In this document: piece after piece, positions 37,505-50,588 of the stretch
Position numbering within the stretch: the first letter of the stretch is position 1
Layout of the letters: every line of letters begins with the position of its first letter
Assembly: GCA_030704615.1 (NCBI GenBank)
Contig: CM060734.1
Location: 43,214,001-43,278,000 of the forward strand
From: Takakia lepidozioides
Taxonomy: Eukaryota > Plantae > Bryophyta
Direction of reading: 5' to 3'
Length of the DNA stretch: 64,000 nt
Made by a program: the position numbers and the translations under genes
The notes under the pieces: generated by a model
Seen by the model: the letters and a program-made list of their open reading frames with translations, nothing else
The model's database searches: none
Told to the model about the DNA's origin: nothing

Positions 37505-39813
37505 ATGAGAAGAAGGTGCGAGCATTGCCAATCTCTGTTTGAAAAGTACAGCACGAAAAGACGAGAGGTTTCTGTTGCCCCTCTGAAAAGGCATAAGGTT
37601 GTGAGTCTCTCACCTGAAGTTGGGGAAGAAGTGGCTGCAGAAGTGATGCGCTCTTTGTCAATGACCCAGAACCATCAGTCTGCCGACGACAGTTCGACAG
37701 ATGAGAAGGCTGGTGCAGCTTATGGGAAATTGCTAAGGCATTCGCGGGGAAACAGATTGATCAAACCTATTCAGCCAAATGGGCCTAGATTTGAAGGGGC
37801 TTTGCATGTTCCAGTTACTACAGAGAAGCTGGCTTTGGTTGGAAATTTGCTGAAGCGAAAGAGAGGACCTGAAGTTTGTGATCCGATTGAGGAAGGGAAA
37901 GAAGTGGTGGAGAAGAGCAAAAGGCTGTCTGATGTTGAAAAGGAGCTAGTGGAAAGGAACGGCGCACTCTCCCAGGTGGAGGTACGAAGGTCGTCAAGAC
38001 TTTCCCAGGTTGTGAGAGGTGTTCGACGCCGGAAGCCCAGTGCTCCGCAAGATTTGGATGAGTCTCCAGTGCACTCCACCAATGACTGTGACGGGAGTGA
38101 TGAGGAAGATGCCGAGGTGGCAGATAGAGGATCAAAGCAGGCAGCCCAGCGTCAAAAAATGCCAGACACTCGGGCTGAGTTAGTCGGATTGAAGGATGAT
38201 GGGGACAGCAGTGGTGACAGGGGTGGAACTGAAAGTGAGAATGACACTGAGGGGGAGGCTAGTGAGAATGAGAGTGAGAATGACAGTGAGCGTAAGGGGA
38301 CTCAGAATGATAGTGAGTGTGAGGAAGGGGCAGACAAACACAAAGATTTATCTCCAATGAAGTGGGAAGCCAACAGCCAGGAGGAGCCAGAGGACAAATT
38401 GTTGGAATCTACTGTAGATTGGAGAGTAAATGGGCACAGTGGAGAACCTGAAGAGGATCAAGAGCAACAGGATGAGGAAGACGTGGACGGGTATACAGAG
38501 GAGTTGGGGGTTGGCAAGTACACAGAATTTGACTGTGGGGTCACTAGCAGACTTGGGGACGAGATCACCGGTGTCCTCCGTGTCTATGAGTCGGGTGTGT
38601 TCAAAGTCTTCTGCCACTGCTCTGTGGCCGGTTGTGCCAAAGGTCTACTCTCTCTCCCTGTCTACTAGAATCCTTTGTGCTTCCAAGCAGTAAACTTGCT
38701 TCTTTCTTTCTCTCTGACTTTCCTTGCACAGTGAGCCACATTTGTCACATCTGTAGCATGGCTGGAGAAACAGTTCTGGACTGAACCTCCTTTTCTTTGA
38801 GGATGATGCAATTCCAACCCATACATCCACACACAATGCCGTGTAGCCAGATTGTTGTAGTCTTAATCTCGTAAGAGGACTAGTGTTCTCGGAGTAGTAT
38901 GTCCTCAGCGTGGTACAAGGGCACATGGGGTACAATTGTTATAAGCCAGAGCATGTGCCAAGGTTTGCTGTTGATGTTATTCAGAGCTAGTAATCTAGCA
39001 GTTTAGTCCAACAAATAGCCTGCACTTGAAGTAGCCAGCTGCCTTGGATGTCAGGTCAGGTCCAAGAGGATGTTGTCGTCCAATGTCCGGTTTGCTCTTC
39101 TCATGTGGTATAGGCTGCCTCTTGCTGTGCTGTTATTCAGGAGCAGCAATGACTCCAGGGGCATTTGAAAGACATGGAGGCCGGGCAGCCTCAAGGAAAT
39201 GGAAGGAGTCGATATGGGTAAAAAAGAATGGCCAAAAATTGCCTATAGCCCGCGTCAAGGAGCTTGATGCCTATCTTCAAACCCCACGAAAGTACCAGGT
39301 AAAAAAGATGCAAGTCAGTGCATTTGAACCTGTTGAAGGGAATAGGACACACCGTGATGAGTTCATGAGGTGTGTCAAGTGCAACAAGCAGCGAAGGTTT
39401 CGGTGTCGTAGTTCCAAGGAGTGCCGTCAGTATCATGAAGCTGCCCGTAATCCCAAGTGGGAGTGTGCGGATTCTCCTGATGACAAGTACTATCTACAAA
39501 CCTCTTAGTGATGCTTGTTATCATGGCTTTGTGGCTTTTACTTGTCAGTGTTATTACTGATCATTCTTACTCCTGCATTATTGGATGTGCTTCCTTCCTA
39601 CTCGAGAGAAAGTTGATGGATCTGGAAAGGGGATGCAGGTATACATCATGTGGGGAGGACGAAGAGAGGGAAGTTCGACGCATGCAGCGGGGGTGCCCTC
39701 GCAGTCGGACTTGCCAGGGCTGTGTGCTCTGTGTCTGCCTTGGTTGCAATAGTTGCCGGTTTACTGACTGTCATTGCTCTTCTTGCTCTGAGTTTCTGTC
39801 TCTTTCTTCATGA
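37505..39813 (+). CDS. ULT: ULTRAPETALA-like protein (SAND domain, Cys-rich B-box-like C-terminus) with a long acidic N-terminal extension
   Basis: Exons 37505-38642, 39141-39486, 39639-39813 (phases match). CGVTSRLGDEITGVLRV..CHC..C, TPGAFERHGGRAASRKWKESIWV, HRDEFMRCVKCNKQRRF, RGCPRSRTCQGCVLCVCLGCNSCRFTDCHCSSCSEF. Start codon uncertain. Confidence 0.92.
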
Positions 39814-41237
39814 GCTTACAGATGGAGAGAGAAGACAAAACTGATGGCCTTCATTCTCCAACAGATCCTCCTAGGTGGCATTCATACAAGTTATTCACAG
39901 TGGCTTGTACATACATGTAAATCCAATGTCAATCTCTTGAAATACAGCACCAGGGGCTTTCTGGTCGTGGTTGATGCTGGAATGGGATGTACTAATGGTA
40001 TTGATGGTTAAGGTGCTTTTTTGTCTCATGATTTTCAAATGAATGCAAGAGCTTGCTGATCCCCTTGAAAAAATCTAGGTTTGGAGTTGGATTAGTTACA
40101 TCATCTACAGTCACACACTTAATGCTGTACAAGGTGTTAGCTTTTCCAGTATAGGGAAGTTCTACAGATGTCCTCCAAATTCCAACATATGGTGCACCCA
40201 AACACCTATTCCTAGCTTTTATTGGCAATGGCTATCTGGTTATTATGACAGACAAAAAATGGCTTGACACGACTATAGGACATGGATAGAGAGTATCTGG
40301 TGCACTGAGACATACCTATCAATTGAAAGCCTGGAGTTGACTATCTGACTTCGGGTGCTCTGATACTGTTCATGGCGAGTTTAGGGCTTTCTGTTTGGCT
40401 TTCTCGCGTGTCTCTGCTGATATAGCAAATGGTTGTGACCACCAATCACTCCTAGCCTAGGCTGAGTGTTCTGTCACCTGTGACTGCTATCTTGAAAGTA
40501 CTTGCTTCCATCCAAACAAGCTATGGATAGAAGACAACAAAGTAGGTTAGTTATCTGGAATAATTTCCAATCAGGATTTGCATCATGAACCCTAAACTCA
40601 TGAGGACAGATTTCAGCATAGTAGCAGTGACCTGATTTCCATTGAACTTGAACTTTCCCTTCCTGCTTGCAAGGATGACCCTCTTCAATGCTCATGCCTG
40701 TACATTTGAAAATCCATAGACCTCAAAGGCATCCTTCACTGGGCTGCCAACTCTTTATATCTTAGGTTGTCTGTGATTAGTGTCTGGGAGAAAGGCCCTA
40801 CCACTCCCAACTCAATCAAGACGCTCAGAAGGTGTGAGTGTCTTGATTGAGTCATTAACACTATACAGGTTCTTGGTTTACTCGCTGTTCCCTGGAACTG
40901 GTAGCTATGATGCACTGTTGAGGCATTTCCCCCATGGCATATCAACCCTCCAAGAGCCAATTGTGGGGTCAGGCACTAGCCCTAATTTCTGCTAGTCTAG
41001 CATAATCGGTGGCAACCTGGATAGCATTAACTGTTGATGTGATGGTGGTTGACCTCACCAGCCTCTAGATTGCAGGCTACTTACTAAGATACCTGGAGTT
41101 CAGAATGAAGGACCAATTTGGCGATGCACACTCACAAGCCAATAAGCTGTACCTCTTCATTAGTCAAATCAATGTGGCAGATGGAACTGGAGGAATTTTC
41201 CAGAACATACAGCGAGAGCACACAAGTAAAAGTCGTC

Positions 41238-43758
41238 TTACACATATTCTGCCTCATCCCATGACTTCCGAATAAGTGGAATGCCATCCTTGCGCCAAAA
41301 AACACGATCCTCGCACAGTGCTGCAACTGCCTCAACATACAGAATGTGCTCCTGAAAATCCCAACCTTCTGGAACTCTCATCAAGAGCAACCAACACAAA
41401 TCCAGTATATTTCCTGGACAGATGCCTTGAGGACTGTCATCTCTGCTGTTTCCTCAGTACCCTGATTGTGCTTATGCTTCATAGAGACCTCCATGCTTCC
41501 ATGTATAAAAGCTGTATAATTTGACCTTGGGTGCTCTCGTACGCTAATGCGAGGTCACACCATTTTTCATTCATGCATGCATTAACTTACAGGTTATCAC
41601 TCTGCTTAAGGAAAAAGGAGCCAACCTCTTTGAGGACTCGTGCAGCCAAGGCAGAGGGAGTATCGTCGGCCAGCACAGGCACCACTCTCTGGGCAAGGAT
41701 AGGACCAATGTCGCACTTCTCATCCACAAAATGAATAGTAGCCCCTGAAAATCTGCCACCACATGACAGTCGTGAACAATGTGAATCAGTGCCTGCAAAC
41801 AAGTAGGGAAGAGGAAGCTCAGTAATCAAGACAGGTGCAAAGACATATATAAACTCTGTAGTAGGTAATCCATCACCAATGAACATGCAACATGAACATG
41901 CAATGACTACAATACAAGACTGACTACAAGACAATAAGCTTTCAGCAAAGAGCAATTGTATTCCCATACACATTGTCTCTGAGGCAAGAGTAACTTCACT
42001 GAAAAAATCGTTGCTGTGTAACTAATAATTCCAGCAGCTCTATACATGACTTGAGATCTATGGCCTTCCACATGGCGTCAACCCCATAGACAAAATGACC
42101 TCCTGAAAGCTAAATATTTCTCACCCACCATTTAACATTCTTCTATACACAGATCAATGGTCATTACCGGGCACCGGAGTGGATGACAGCCTCGTGCACT
42201 TTTGAGCCATAGAGGCCCTCGCCACCAAATGCAGGCAGTAATGTAGGATGGATATTAAGAATCGCACGTGGGTAAGCCCGCACCAGTCCCATTGGTAGCA
42301 GCTTCCAATAACCGGCCAGCACCACATAATCAATGCCTGCATGCCTACACTCAGCAGAGTTAGGCCATTCTCTGGTCACAAGCTTTACATCTCTTTAGCA
42401 TTGCCCTCTCTCCAGAATCATGTGGTTCAGATGCTTTGCCTTCATCCCCACGATCTATACCTTATAGCCTCCAGTTTCACTACTAAAAATGTTCACACCT
42501 TCATCTGGACAATCTGGAAGGCAAACCTGGCACCGTCAACAATCTGCCTAGCAAGCCCACGGGAGCACAGTAGCATAAATAACAACCAAGGGAGAGGAAG
42601 AGACTCACTTGATCTCCTACTCATAAACACTCTCACCATCCAAGATGCAATAACACTCACACTTTTATCCAGTCGTAAAGACCCAGGCAAGGCTCCAATA
42701 GGTAGAGGTACCAAAAGACACCTACTAAAGAAACAATGGGTTGAAGAAGGGACACCTGAGACGGTCTTGTAGCTCACTCGTGAAAAGGGCATCCTTTGCA
42801 TTCCATGCTTTAGGAAAAGAGAGCACAGGTATGTCATGCTCCCTTGCGTACTCACAACCTTTGCAATCTTCCACACCCCCCTAACCTCAGTAACATGTAA
42901 ACAGGTGAATCTTCTGTCTTCCTTCATGAGTACATACCTAGCTGGTTTCAACTCATTCTCTTTCTAGAGCACCCAGCTTCCACAACTCACGGGACAGAAA
43001 GTGAACTGGGGTGAATAGAAGGAATTATTAAAACCCCCTGCAGTTTCTCTCTTTCCTCACTCCATGTTCCTGAAACTACAATGAGCAACTTCACCAGTAT
43101 AATCCTACAAGAGTACGAGTATGGCAAAGGACATTGCAGAGTTGGAAATATTCCAACATTAGTATTCTTGCCGACTACCCAGTTGATTGGAGCTTACAGA
43201 AAACAAGCCACCGAATCCACAGGTATCAACCAAATTTCTAGCAGAGAAACATTCCGAGAGCATACAGGAAGGACCGAGAAGTATACCAGGTTCATCAGAG
43301 ACAACCATTACAATGTCACCATAGATTGCATTCACCAGTGTGGCTCCGTGGACGGCTCGGAGATTGGAGCCTTCCCCCGATACAAAAAATGCCAATTTTG
43401 CTCTCGTAAAACCGCCACCTTCTCTCTCTTTGTTGCGAATTTTCCTTGCTGCAACCCCTGCTCCCTCTTCTCCGCGCCTCCCATCATTCTGTGTCACGTC
43501 GACATTCGATTGTGAATCGAGTTTGCATCTCAGAGGCCATTGTTTTGTTGCAAGTCGCCGTAGATCTACACCATTGCCTCCATCTCGTTTGAGATGAGAG
43601 GAACATTTCAGTGAAAAAGATCTCGGAGAGCTGCCTTGAATAGCAGATTCAGCTGAAGGAAAAGACAAAGTAACAACTGCATGACTGTTGAAGGAGTGGG
43701 CAGGTGGTGCAGCTACGCCATATCTCACACTGCAGCTGCCACGCTGCAACAGCTTCAT
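41238..43758 (-). CDS. PUR3: Phosphoribosylglycinamide formyltransferase with organellar transit peptide
   Basis: Exons 43758-43287, 42867-42756, 42344-42168, 41752-41626, 41351-41238. VSGEGSN, VVLAGY, ILNIHPTLLPAFGG, SGATIHFVDEKCDIGPIL, EHILY. Confidence 0.95.
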
Positions 43759-43929
43759 GGATGGTAGGGCAGTGATCCTGCACAACCTCCGAGCACCGCC
43801 CTCCCTCCCTCCCTCCCTCCCTCCCCAAGTATAATCCTGCTTAGATCCTGCTTACGTTTGTGGGTGATGGTACACTACACGATTCAGCGACCCAACGCTC
43901 CCACGCCAGCTCGAGTCGTCCATTGTGGA

Positions 43930-43948
43930 CACGTGGAAGTTACGTGGC
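43930..43948. promoter_or_regulatory. G-box (CACGTG) and ABRE-like (TACGTGGC) pair in the 412-bp divergent PUR3/CBS intergenic region
   Basis: GGACACGTGGAAGTTACGTGGC; function inferred from motif and position only. Confidence 0.45.
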
Positions 43949-44170
43949 AGGAAGGGCGGGGAAATGTAGCGGTGAGGCTAACGGAAGTGCAATTCTGCTT
44001 CTGCTCTCCTGGATTGCAGACCGCACTTCTCCAAATTTTGTGTTTTATCTCTCACGGGGGTCAGCAATTTCCAAAACTCGCTTGCAATTGCCTGTGCATT
44101 CTTGGAATCGCGCGGGATTTTTGAGGATTGAAGCTGGTCTTGATAGAAGGCGGAAAGGCATAGAGAGAGC

Positions 44171-47009
44171 ATGGAGGCTAGTCGGCTGGAAAAAATGGTT
44201 TCGGATACAGAGCGCAGTATACATGACAAGATGGGCACGGTGACACAGAAGCTGCAAATGGAGGAAGATTACGCAGAGGTGAAGCCCAGGATCGGTCTAC
44301 AGCCCACGGAGGCCCTCAAACGTTTTTTTGATTGTATCCCCTTGTTCTCTGTTCCTGGCATCGACAACGATGCGGGTACCCACTTCCACTTTCCTGTTGT
44401 CCAGCAATTTGAGGTCGATTATCATGACTTTCGGCTTGTGATTGCTCTGTTGTTGGCAGAATTTGTGGCAATGCATTCTGGACGATGTAGCCAACACTTA
44501 TCAGCTGTCCCTGTCGTTTTCAGTTGTCGCTTACAAGCAAGAACCCCTGTTGTGTTGCAACAATACTCTATGAAGGGCATTGTGCGATGGTCGTTGATTA
44601 TGCAGACGGACATGGCACTGACCCTTAAATATAGTGCAACACATCACAACCACATGAAGGAGATGAAGAGATTATCGCATGCTGCGTTTTTCCGTCTAAG
44701 AATTTCAATAACTTTTGTTGCCTGTGGATTGGGCAGTTGTGGAGGTGAAGGCTGACGACACCATGTGTGATGCATTAAAACACCTGTATAAACAGAATGT
44801 GCTGGGTGCCCCAGTGCGGGATCCTCAGCAGTCTGACAAGGGGCCCTTGTCTGATCAGTATGTAGGCCTGCTTGACTTTGCTAGCATGGTCCTCTGGACC
44901 CTTGAGGTGGGCCATCCTTTTCCTCGTCCCTCCAATCTCACAATTTCTTCATAGAGAAAGCTCTCTCGGAATGTTCTAGCCTTCAGCAGGAAGATGCTCC
45001 AGTCACAATCAATTTCCACACTAGCAGGAAGCAAATTTTTCCTGTGATAGCTGAACCATTTTATTGTGTCTGATTCACAGGAGTTTGAGGACACAGAAGT
45101 TCAAGCTAAGGTTTCAGGAATGGTGGTAAGCCCCATAGATGCCCCTGCTGCAAAAGACCTTGACAACAGGACAGCAGAGCAAGTGGGTGGGGGTCCTGAA
45201 AGCACTTCCCAAGCAGCACAGAATGAATCTCATGGATTCTTTCAGCTCCTTGACAAAATTGACAGTGTCCAGTCCACAAAGGTTAGATAGTGCAGTCATA
45301 TCTCGAGTTCGCTCACACATTAATTACTCTTACAAAAAGCTTCTTTGTTCCTCACATGTTCAAAACTTTGTCATAATTTCTTGTGTTGGTTGTAACTTTC
45401 AAGCATCCTTCCTTCTCTTTCTCTTTCTCTCTCTCCCTATCTCTTGACATGTTAGGTACAAGCTATATTAATTGAGAAAGTGCACTTATCAGGTGGGAGC
45501 TTTGGCGCGCTCATTTCGGTGGGGGCCCTTTCTACCAGTTCGGCCTGAGGACTCACTGTTGCATGTGCTGCTCCTGTTGTCAAAGCATCGTCTTAAGGCT
45601 GTGCCTGTGGTTGACACTGGGTCTTCTGATCCCCGAGTCAAAGGATTTATTACCCAGGTATCAACTACGATGCAGAGTTGATATTTTTGAAGGACAGAGA
45701 TTACTAGTCACATAGTTGGTATTGATTGTAAATGAGGTGTCTGTGTGTTCTGGGTTGAAAAATGGGTAGCTTCCAATTTAGTGAGAGCCGCATCAGTGGT
45801 TGTTGAATGCAGGATGTTGCAGTGAAGTTGCTGCTACAGTGTGATGGATTGATCTGGTTTGATATGATTGCTGAGAAGCCCCTTCAAGAGTTCAGGTGAG
45901 CTATTTTCCAGACCTCATCCTTGCTGAGTGTAAATTCTGGATTAAAGCTGTCACTATTGAAAACAGCATGATTTCCTTGGACGCAGCCGCCTTCACCAGT
46001 AAGGAAAATCCTTGTACACTAAGGACAGGCCGAGCACCTTCTCTGTTCACTTGGGGGGATGTGACTGACAACACACGAGTAGTACATTTTACGCATTGTC
46101 AACATATTACTAATGGGTAAATGTTGAAGCATCTGTACTGCAAACAAACAGAAGAAAAGAAGGTGACAAGGGAGTTTGGCACCAGGTTTCAAGTGGACGA
46201 TGCTGCAGGCCAGCTGGCGAGTGTCTATGGGGATGATACACTTTTAACAGCACTGCGTGCCATGTGGAAGCATCGCATCAGTGGTGTCCCAGTTTTGGAC
46301 CGAGCTACTGGATACATCGTTGGCAACATTCGCAACCAAGACCTGCACATCTTGCTGGACCAGCCCCAATTTTTTAGTCAACGCAGGTCTGTGTAGCTTT
46401 CTCCTTGGATGATGAATATTTGATGCAATTGGCCTTTCTTTGGCTGTGAGCATGTTCCACATAGTGCTTGGAGAGGCCATAGATGCACAGCCTTTTACTG
46501 TGACTTTATCGCTTTGGTCAGAACACTCTCTCCAGAAACCTGACTTTTTTCAATGTTGTGCTTGATTCGTTTGTTGAAGTCACTGTGTATTGATTCGCAG
46601 GGTTTTGCACGCAATGGAGTTCATGCAGGCGGATTCTAGTAAGAATGAACCCCTGCCAACAGCCAGTCAGAGCTCTCTGGAGCAGGACTTTGGGGCGGCA
46701 ATATCAGCAGCTGCCCTCACTCTGGGTGCAGTGTCAACACCCAGGATGCTCGATCCAGTAACCAGCAAAGCCAGTGATACGTTGAAGATGACAATGCAAA
46801 AGCTTGCGCAAGCACACAGTGATCGCAGTTTCCTGGTGGACGACGAGGGCAAAGTAATGGGCGTTATCACTCTTCGTGACATCATCATGCAGTTCGCTCC
46901 GCCCCTAGCAGAGGTTCCCAACAGTTGGGGTGGATTTTTTGAGAGTGCACTGCAGCAGACTAACGCATTCATGGAACCTGGGTGTGTGGTCGTAGCTGAC
47001 CAAGGATAG
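44171..47009 (+). CDS. CBS-domain protein, SnRK1 regulatory gamma-subunit-like (multi-exon)
   Basis: FFDCIP, NVLGAPV...YVGLLDFASMVLW, SFRWGPFLPV..DSLLHVLLLLSKHRLKAVPVVD, RISGVPV, FLVDDEGKVMGVITLRDII: four CBS repeats. Confidence 0.88.
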
Positions 47010-47601
47010 GAAGTCAGGTCAATGGTTTTTCACTCATACCAGGCTGTGAGCATGTGGAGTTTCAAAGTCTGATCTCAGCTGCAGGTGCTGGGAGAATTAC
47101 AAACTTCCTCACGCAGAACAATCTAGTAGGTCTCTGCAGCTCACTCCTTGTGATCGTGTTAGAGTGAGCCTGCGGTACATAAGAATGGTTCTTTGGTCAC
47201 AGGAAAACCCGTAATGATGCAGTCTCGTTGGTCATGGTAGAATGCCCTTCACGGCAGAAGAGATTTCAAGTGGGTTGAAGCATATTTTGCGCTCCCCCTA
47301 TTCCTTACCTCATTTCAGCTGACAGGATAGCCTCTGTTTGCATGCGGTTAGCCGTTGTGAGGATTAACGATTTTATTTTATTTTTGGGCACAAGTGAAGG
47401 CAAGTTTACTTCACTGCGAAGAGGATTAACGATTTAATGAAAGCTGAAATGCACACACTGTCAACCTAAACCAGGCATAGCAAGAGAAACCAAGACCATT
47501 CTTCATTCCATCTCCTCAAACCACAAACACGCTGAAACCCTAACCCTCAGCTGCAGGTTGCTGAGCCGAGGAAGACGACCACAGACACCTTCAATCCACA
47601 G

Positions 47602-47757
47602 CTTCATCTACGAACTCCGTCGAACTCAATGAACGCTCGTCTTCATCCACCCGTCGAACTCAATGAACGCTCGTCGTCATCTACGAACTCCGTCGAACTC
47701 AACGAACGCTCGTCTTCATCTCCGTCGAGCTCAACGAACGCTGGTCTTCATCTACGA
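47602..47757. repeat. Imperfect tandem repeat (~4 units of CCGTCGAACTCAAYGAACGCTCGTCTTCATC) upstream of Lhca1
   Basis: Seen directly; units about 33-40 bp. Confidence 0.88.
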
Positions 47758-47983
47758 AGTCTGTTGATGGATGCGCACCGTGGCTTCATCCACGAATTCT
47801 GTCCATGTGGAGAGCGCTAGCCACAGCGCAGCCAATGAGCGCGCGGCCCGCGATCGCTCGCTATCCCCGTCGCTCTCATCTCTTGTGTCTGCGCATCACA
47901 AGTCTCGCACGCCATTGCACCTCGTCTCTCCACCATCTCCAAGCTGTGTGTTTGTGTGTGAGGCGAGAGAGGAGATCGAAGCA

Positions 47984-49740
47984 ATGGCGACTGCAATGGC
48001 GTGCACACAGCTTGCTGCGGCAGCTGCCGCACCCTGTGTGGCTCAGAAATCCCGCTTCTTTGGGAGCGTTAGCTCCGTGTCTATGGTGGCTTGCAGTAAC
48101 GGCAGCCGAGTGAGCATGGGGTCGGAGTGGATGCCCGGCCAGCCTCGCCCTTCTTATCTCGATGGAAGTGCCCCCGGGTATGTGCGTCTGTTGTCGGACT
48201 CTGTTCGGATGGTCCGTGGCCCTGGTGTGTGTGTAGTTGTTATTTTCCGGGCCGAATTTGGGCTCGTCGACCTCCCTGAATGTCGTTTCTTGAGAGCACT
48301 GCAATGTGTAGTATGCATTGTCGGACTCCGTTTCGGAATATTGCGAATGAAATTCGTAGCTCTGCATTAAGCACTACTGCGATGGGAATGTGCAACATGC
48401 TGTAAAGAGATGTAGCTTTGAATCTACATCTACTCAGACTGGCGTTAACGAACGTCAAACTCGTGGATTTAAAGAGATTTTATGTCGTCGAGATTTTCTC
48501 TCGCCCTCTCTCGTAACTGCTCGATCCGTTAGCTGCATGCTAGTTGAAGTTGAAGTTCCTTCAACCGGAATCTGGAGTGAATTCCAGTCTCAGGCAGTCT
48601 TACTCATGGCCACTTACGGATGCAGAGACTTTGGATTTGATCCACTGGGATTTGGTGAAGTTCCCGAAAATTTGGAACGCTACAAGGAGTCCGAGCTCAT
48701 TCACTGCCGTTGGGCCATGGTTGCTGTTGTAAGTTCTCATATTTGATCCACCAAGTATGAATGCTTGTGCTGAATTCTTGGTGACTCGCTTGCATCCAAA
48801 TGCTTATAAGGTAGTGCTTGTGTGTATGTCCCAGGCTATATGAAATTTCCCGTTCCACTGTGCTGGATTAGTAAAGCTGTTACTGGAGTTGTTATTTTGT
48901 TGATTAACGCTGAAATATTCTTAATGTACACCTCCTATCATTTCCACAAATCTGTCCTCAATAGATCTAGCATGACAGCCTTTTGGGATCACAGCGGACT
49001 CGGGTATCAGTAAGGAATCTTTGCGTGGAGTTCTCAGTTTTGTCTCTAATTGGTGTCGCACATCCTGATTCATACTATGGGATGGTTGCAGCCCGGAGTG
49101 TTGATTCCGGAGATACTGGGCCTGGGCAACTGGGTTTCAGCACAGAAATGGGCAGCAGTTCCCAACGGTCAGGCCACATATTTGGGACAGCCAGTGCCAT
49201 GGGGCACCCTCCCTGTCATTCTAGCAGTTGAGGCCTTGGCTCTTGCCTTTGTTGAGGCCCAAAGGAATTTGGAAGCTGATCCGGAGAAGAGGAAGTACCC
49301 AGGTGGTCCCTTTGACCCCTTGAGCTTCTCTGCCAACCCCACCAAGTTCGCAGAATACAAAGTCAAGGAGCTGAAGAATGGTGAGTCTCCTCATAAGTAT
49401 CCTGTACTAATTGGTCTGCAATTTTTGGCAGTCTTTGGCCTTCCATTGGATGCTCTCCTAGCAATCTTGGTGAAACAAGGCAATGTTGTTGGACTGACAC
49501 TCTCTCATAGTTGCAGACTAAAATTGGTTGCTACAGCTGGGACAACCACAGATTTCCCTACTAACTTTTGCTTGGATTCTGGCTTTGGCAGGTCGTCTCG
49601 CCCTTCTCGCCTTCGTCGGTTTCGTTGTGCAGGCTATTGCATACCCCGGAACTGGGCCAGTTGAGAATTTGTTGAGTCATCTGTCCAACCCATGGACCAA
49701 TAACATTGCAAACATCGTGATCCCCCGTTCCATTCTGTAG
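47984..49740 (+). CDS. LHCA1: Photosystem I light-harvesting chlorophyll a/b protein Lhca1
   Basis: [18 protein letters not shown]|[25 protein letters not shown]|[35 protein letters not shown]|[16 protein letters not shown]; four exons. Confidence 0.97.
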
Positions 49741-50517
49741 ATTTAAACTTCATTCCTCAGTTCCTAGGCTAGTGCAGGAGATGAGTATTATCAGTCTTCT
49801 CACAGTGGTGGTGGCTTGCCGCACGCCCCAAAAATGTAACCTCATCTTTGAGGATCTGCAAAAGCTCACCTCCTTTGTACACCTTTCAGACTTTCTCAAT
49901 GTCTTATGTCTTTGTCTTGGTTTTATTTGCACATCTCTTCCTCTCTCTTAAGAAGATCCGCATTCAATCCAAATAACTCCTGTTTCGTCCTGGACGAGAA
50001 TTAGAATTGCCCTGCCTATGATATGATGGAAATCTGTAGCATCCACCAACACTACCACTGTGAATTCACAGCAAATTATAGCTGCACAAACTGGATGCAA
50101 ACACTGGCTGCTGCCCTGAGAAGGTTTATCAGATCATTCCTTACTCCATCCACCAATATCCCGCTGTTCTGTTCAGTCTTTCACCACAGCTATACCTCTA
50201 AACTGATCAAGCTTAGGATGTTAAGCAGAGGGGAGCCAACTACCCTCACCTGAAAGCTGCTATGGTGTCTCCAGGCAAGAAGGATCAAAATGAGACATAC
50301 GGCAAAGAGAAAGAGAATCCTCAAAGAAAAGCACTTTTAAAACAAATTATCAACACAACAGGGTGGCAGACTGGCGAGCGGACTCACCGCATACTGGCGA
50401 TTGACGAGCGGACTGACATGCGAGTGGACTAACTCCAACCTTGGACTAACTCCAACCTTCAGACCCTCCTCAAACAAAATATATATTTATAATTAACACA
50501 CATTACCGCCACAATGT

Positions 50518-50588
50518 TACTTGCCAGGATTTGAACTACAATCCTCACTTTTGTCACAAGTTGCTCTTTACCATCACACTAGCCACTA
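50518..50588 (-). other. Degenerate tRNA-derived (SINE-head-like) sequence
   Basis: A-box-like TAGTGTGATGGT and B-box GTTCAAATCC at tRNA-like spacing; no intact cloverleaf seen. Confidence 0.3.

Noticed and set aside
39990-41100. Short ORFs between ULT and PUR3
   Set aside because: No motifs or consistent splice structure; probably UTR or decayed repeat.
50518-50588. Functional tRNA gene
   Set aside because: Only degenerate A/B boxes; acceptor and anticodon stems cannot be formed convincingly.
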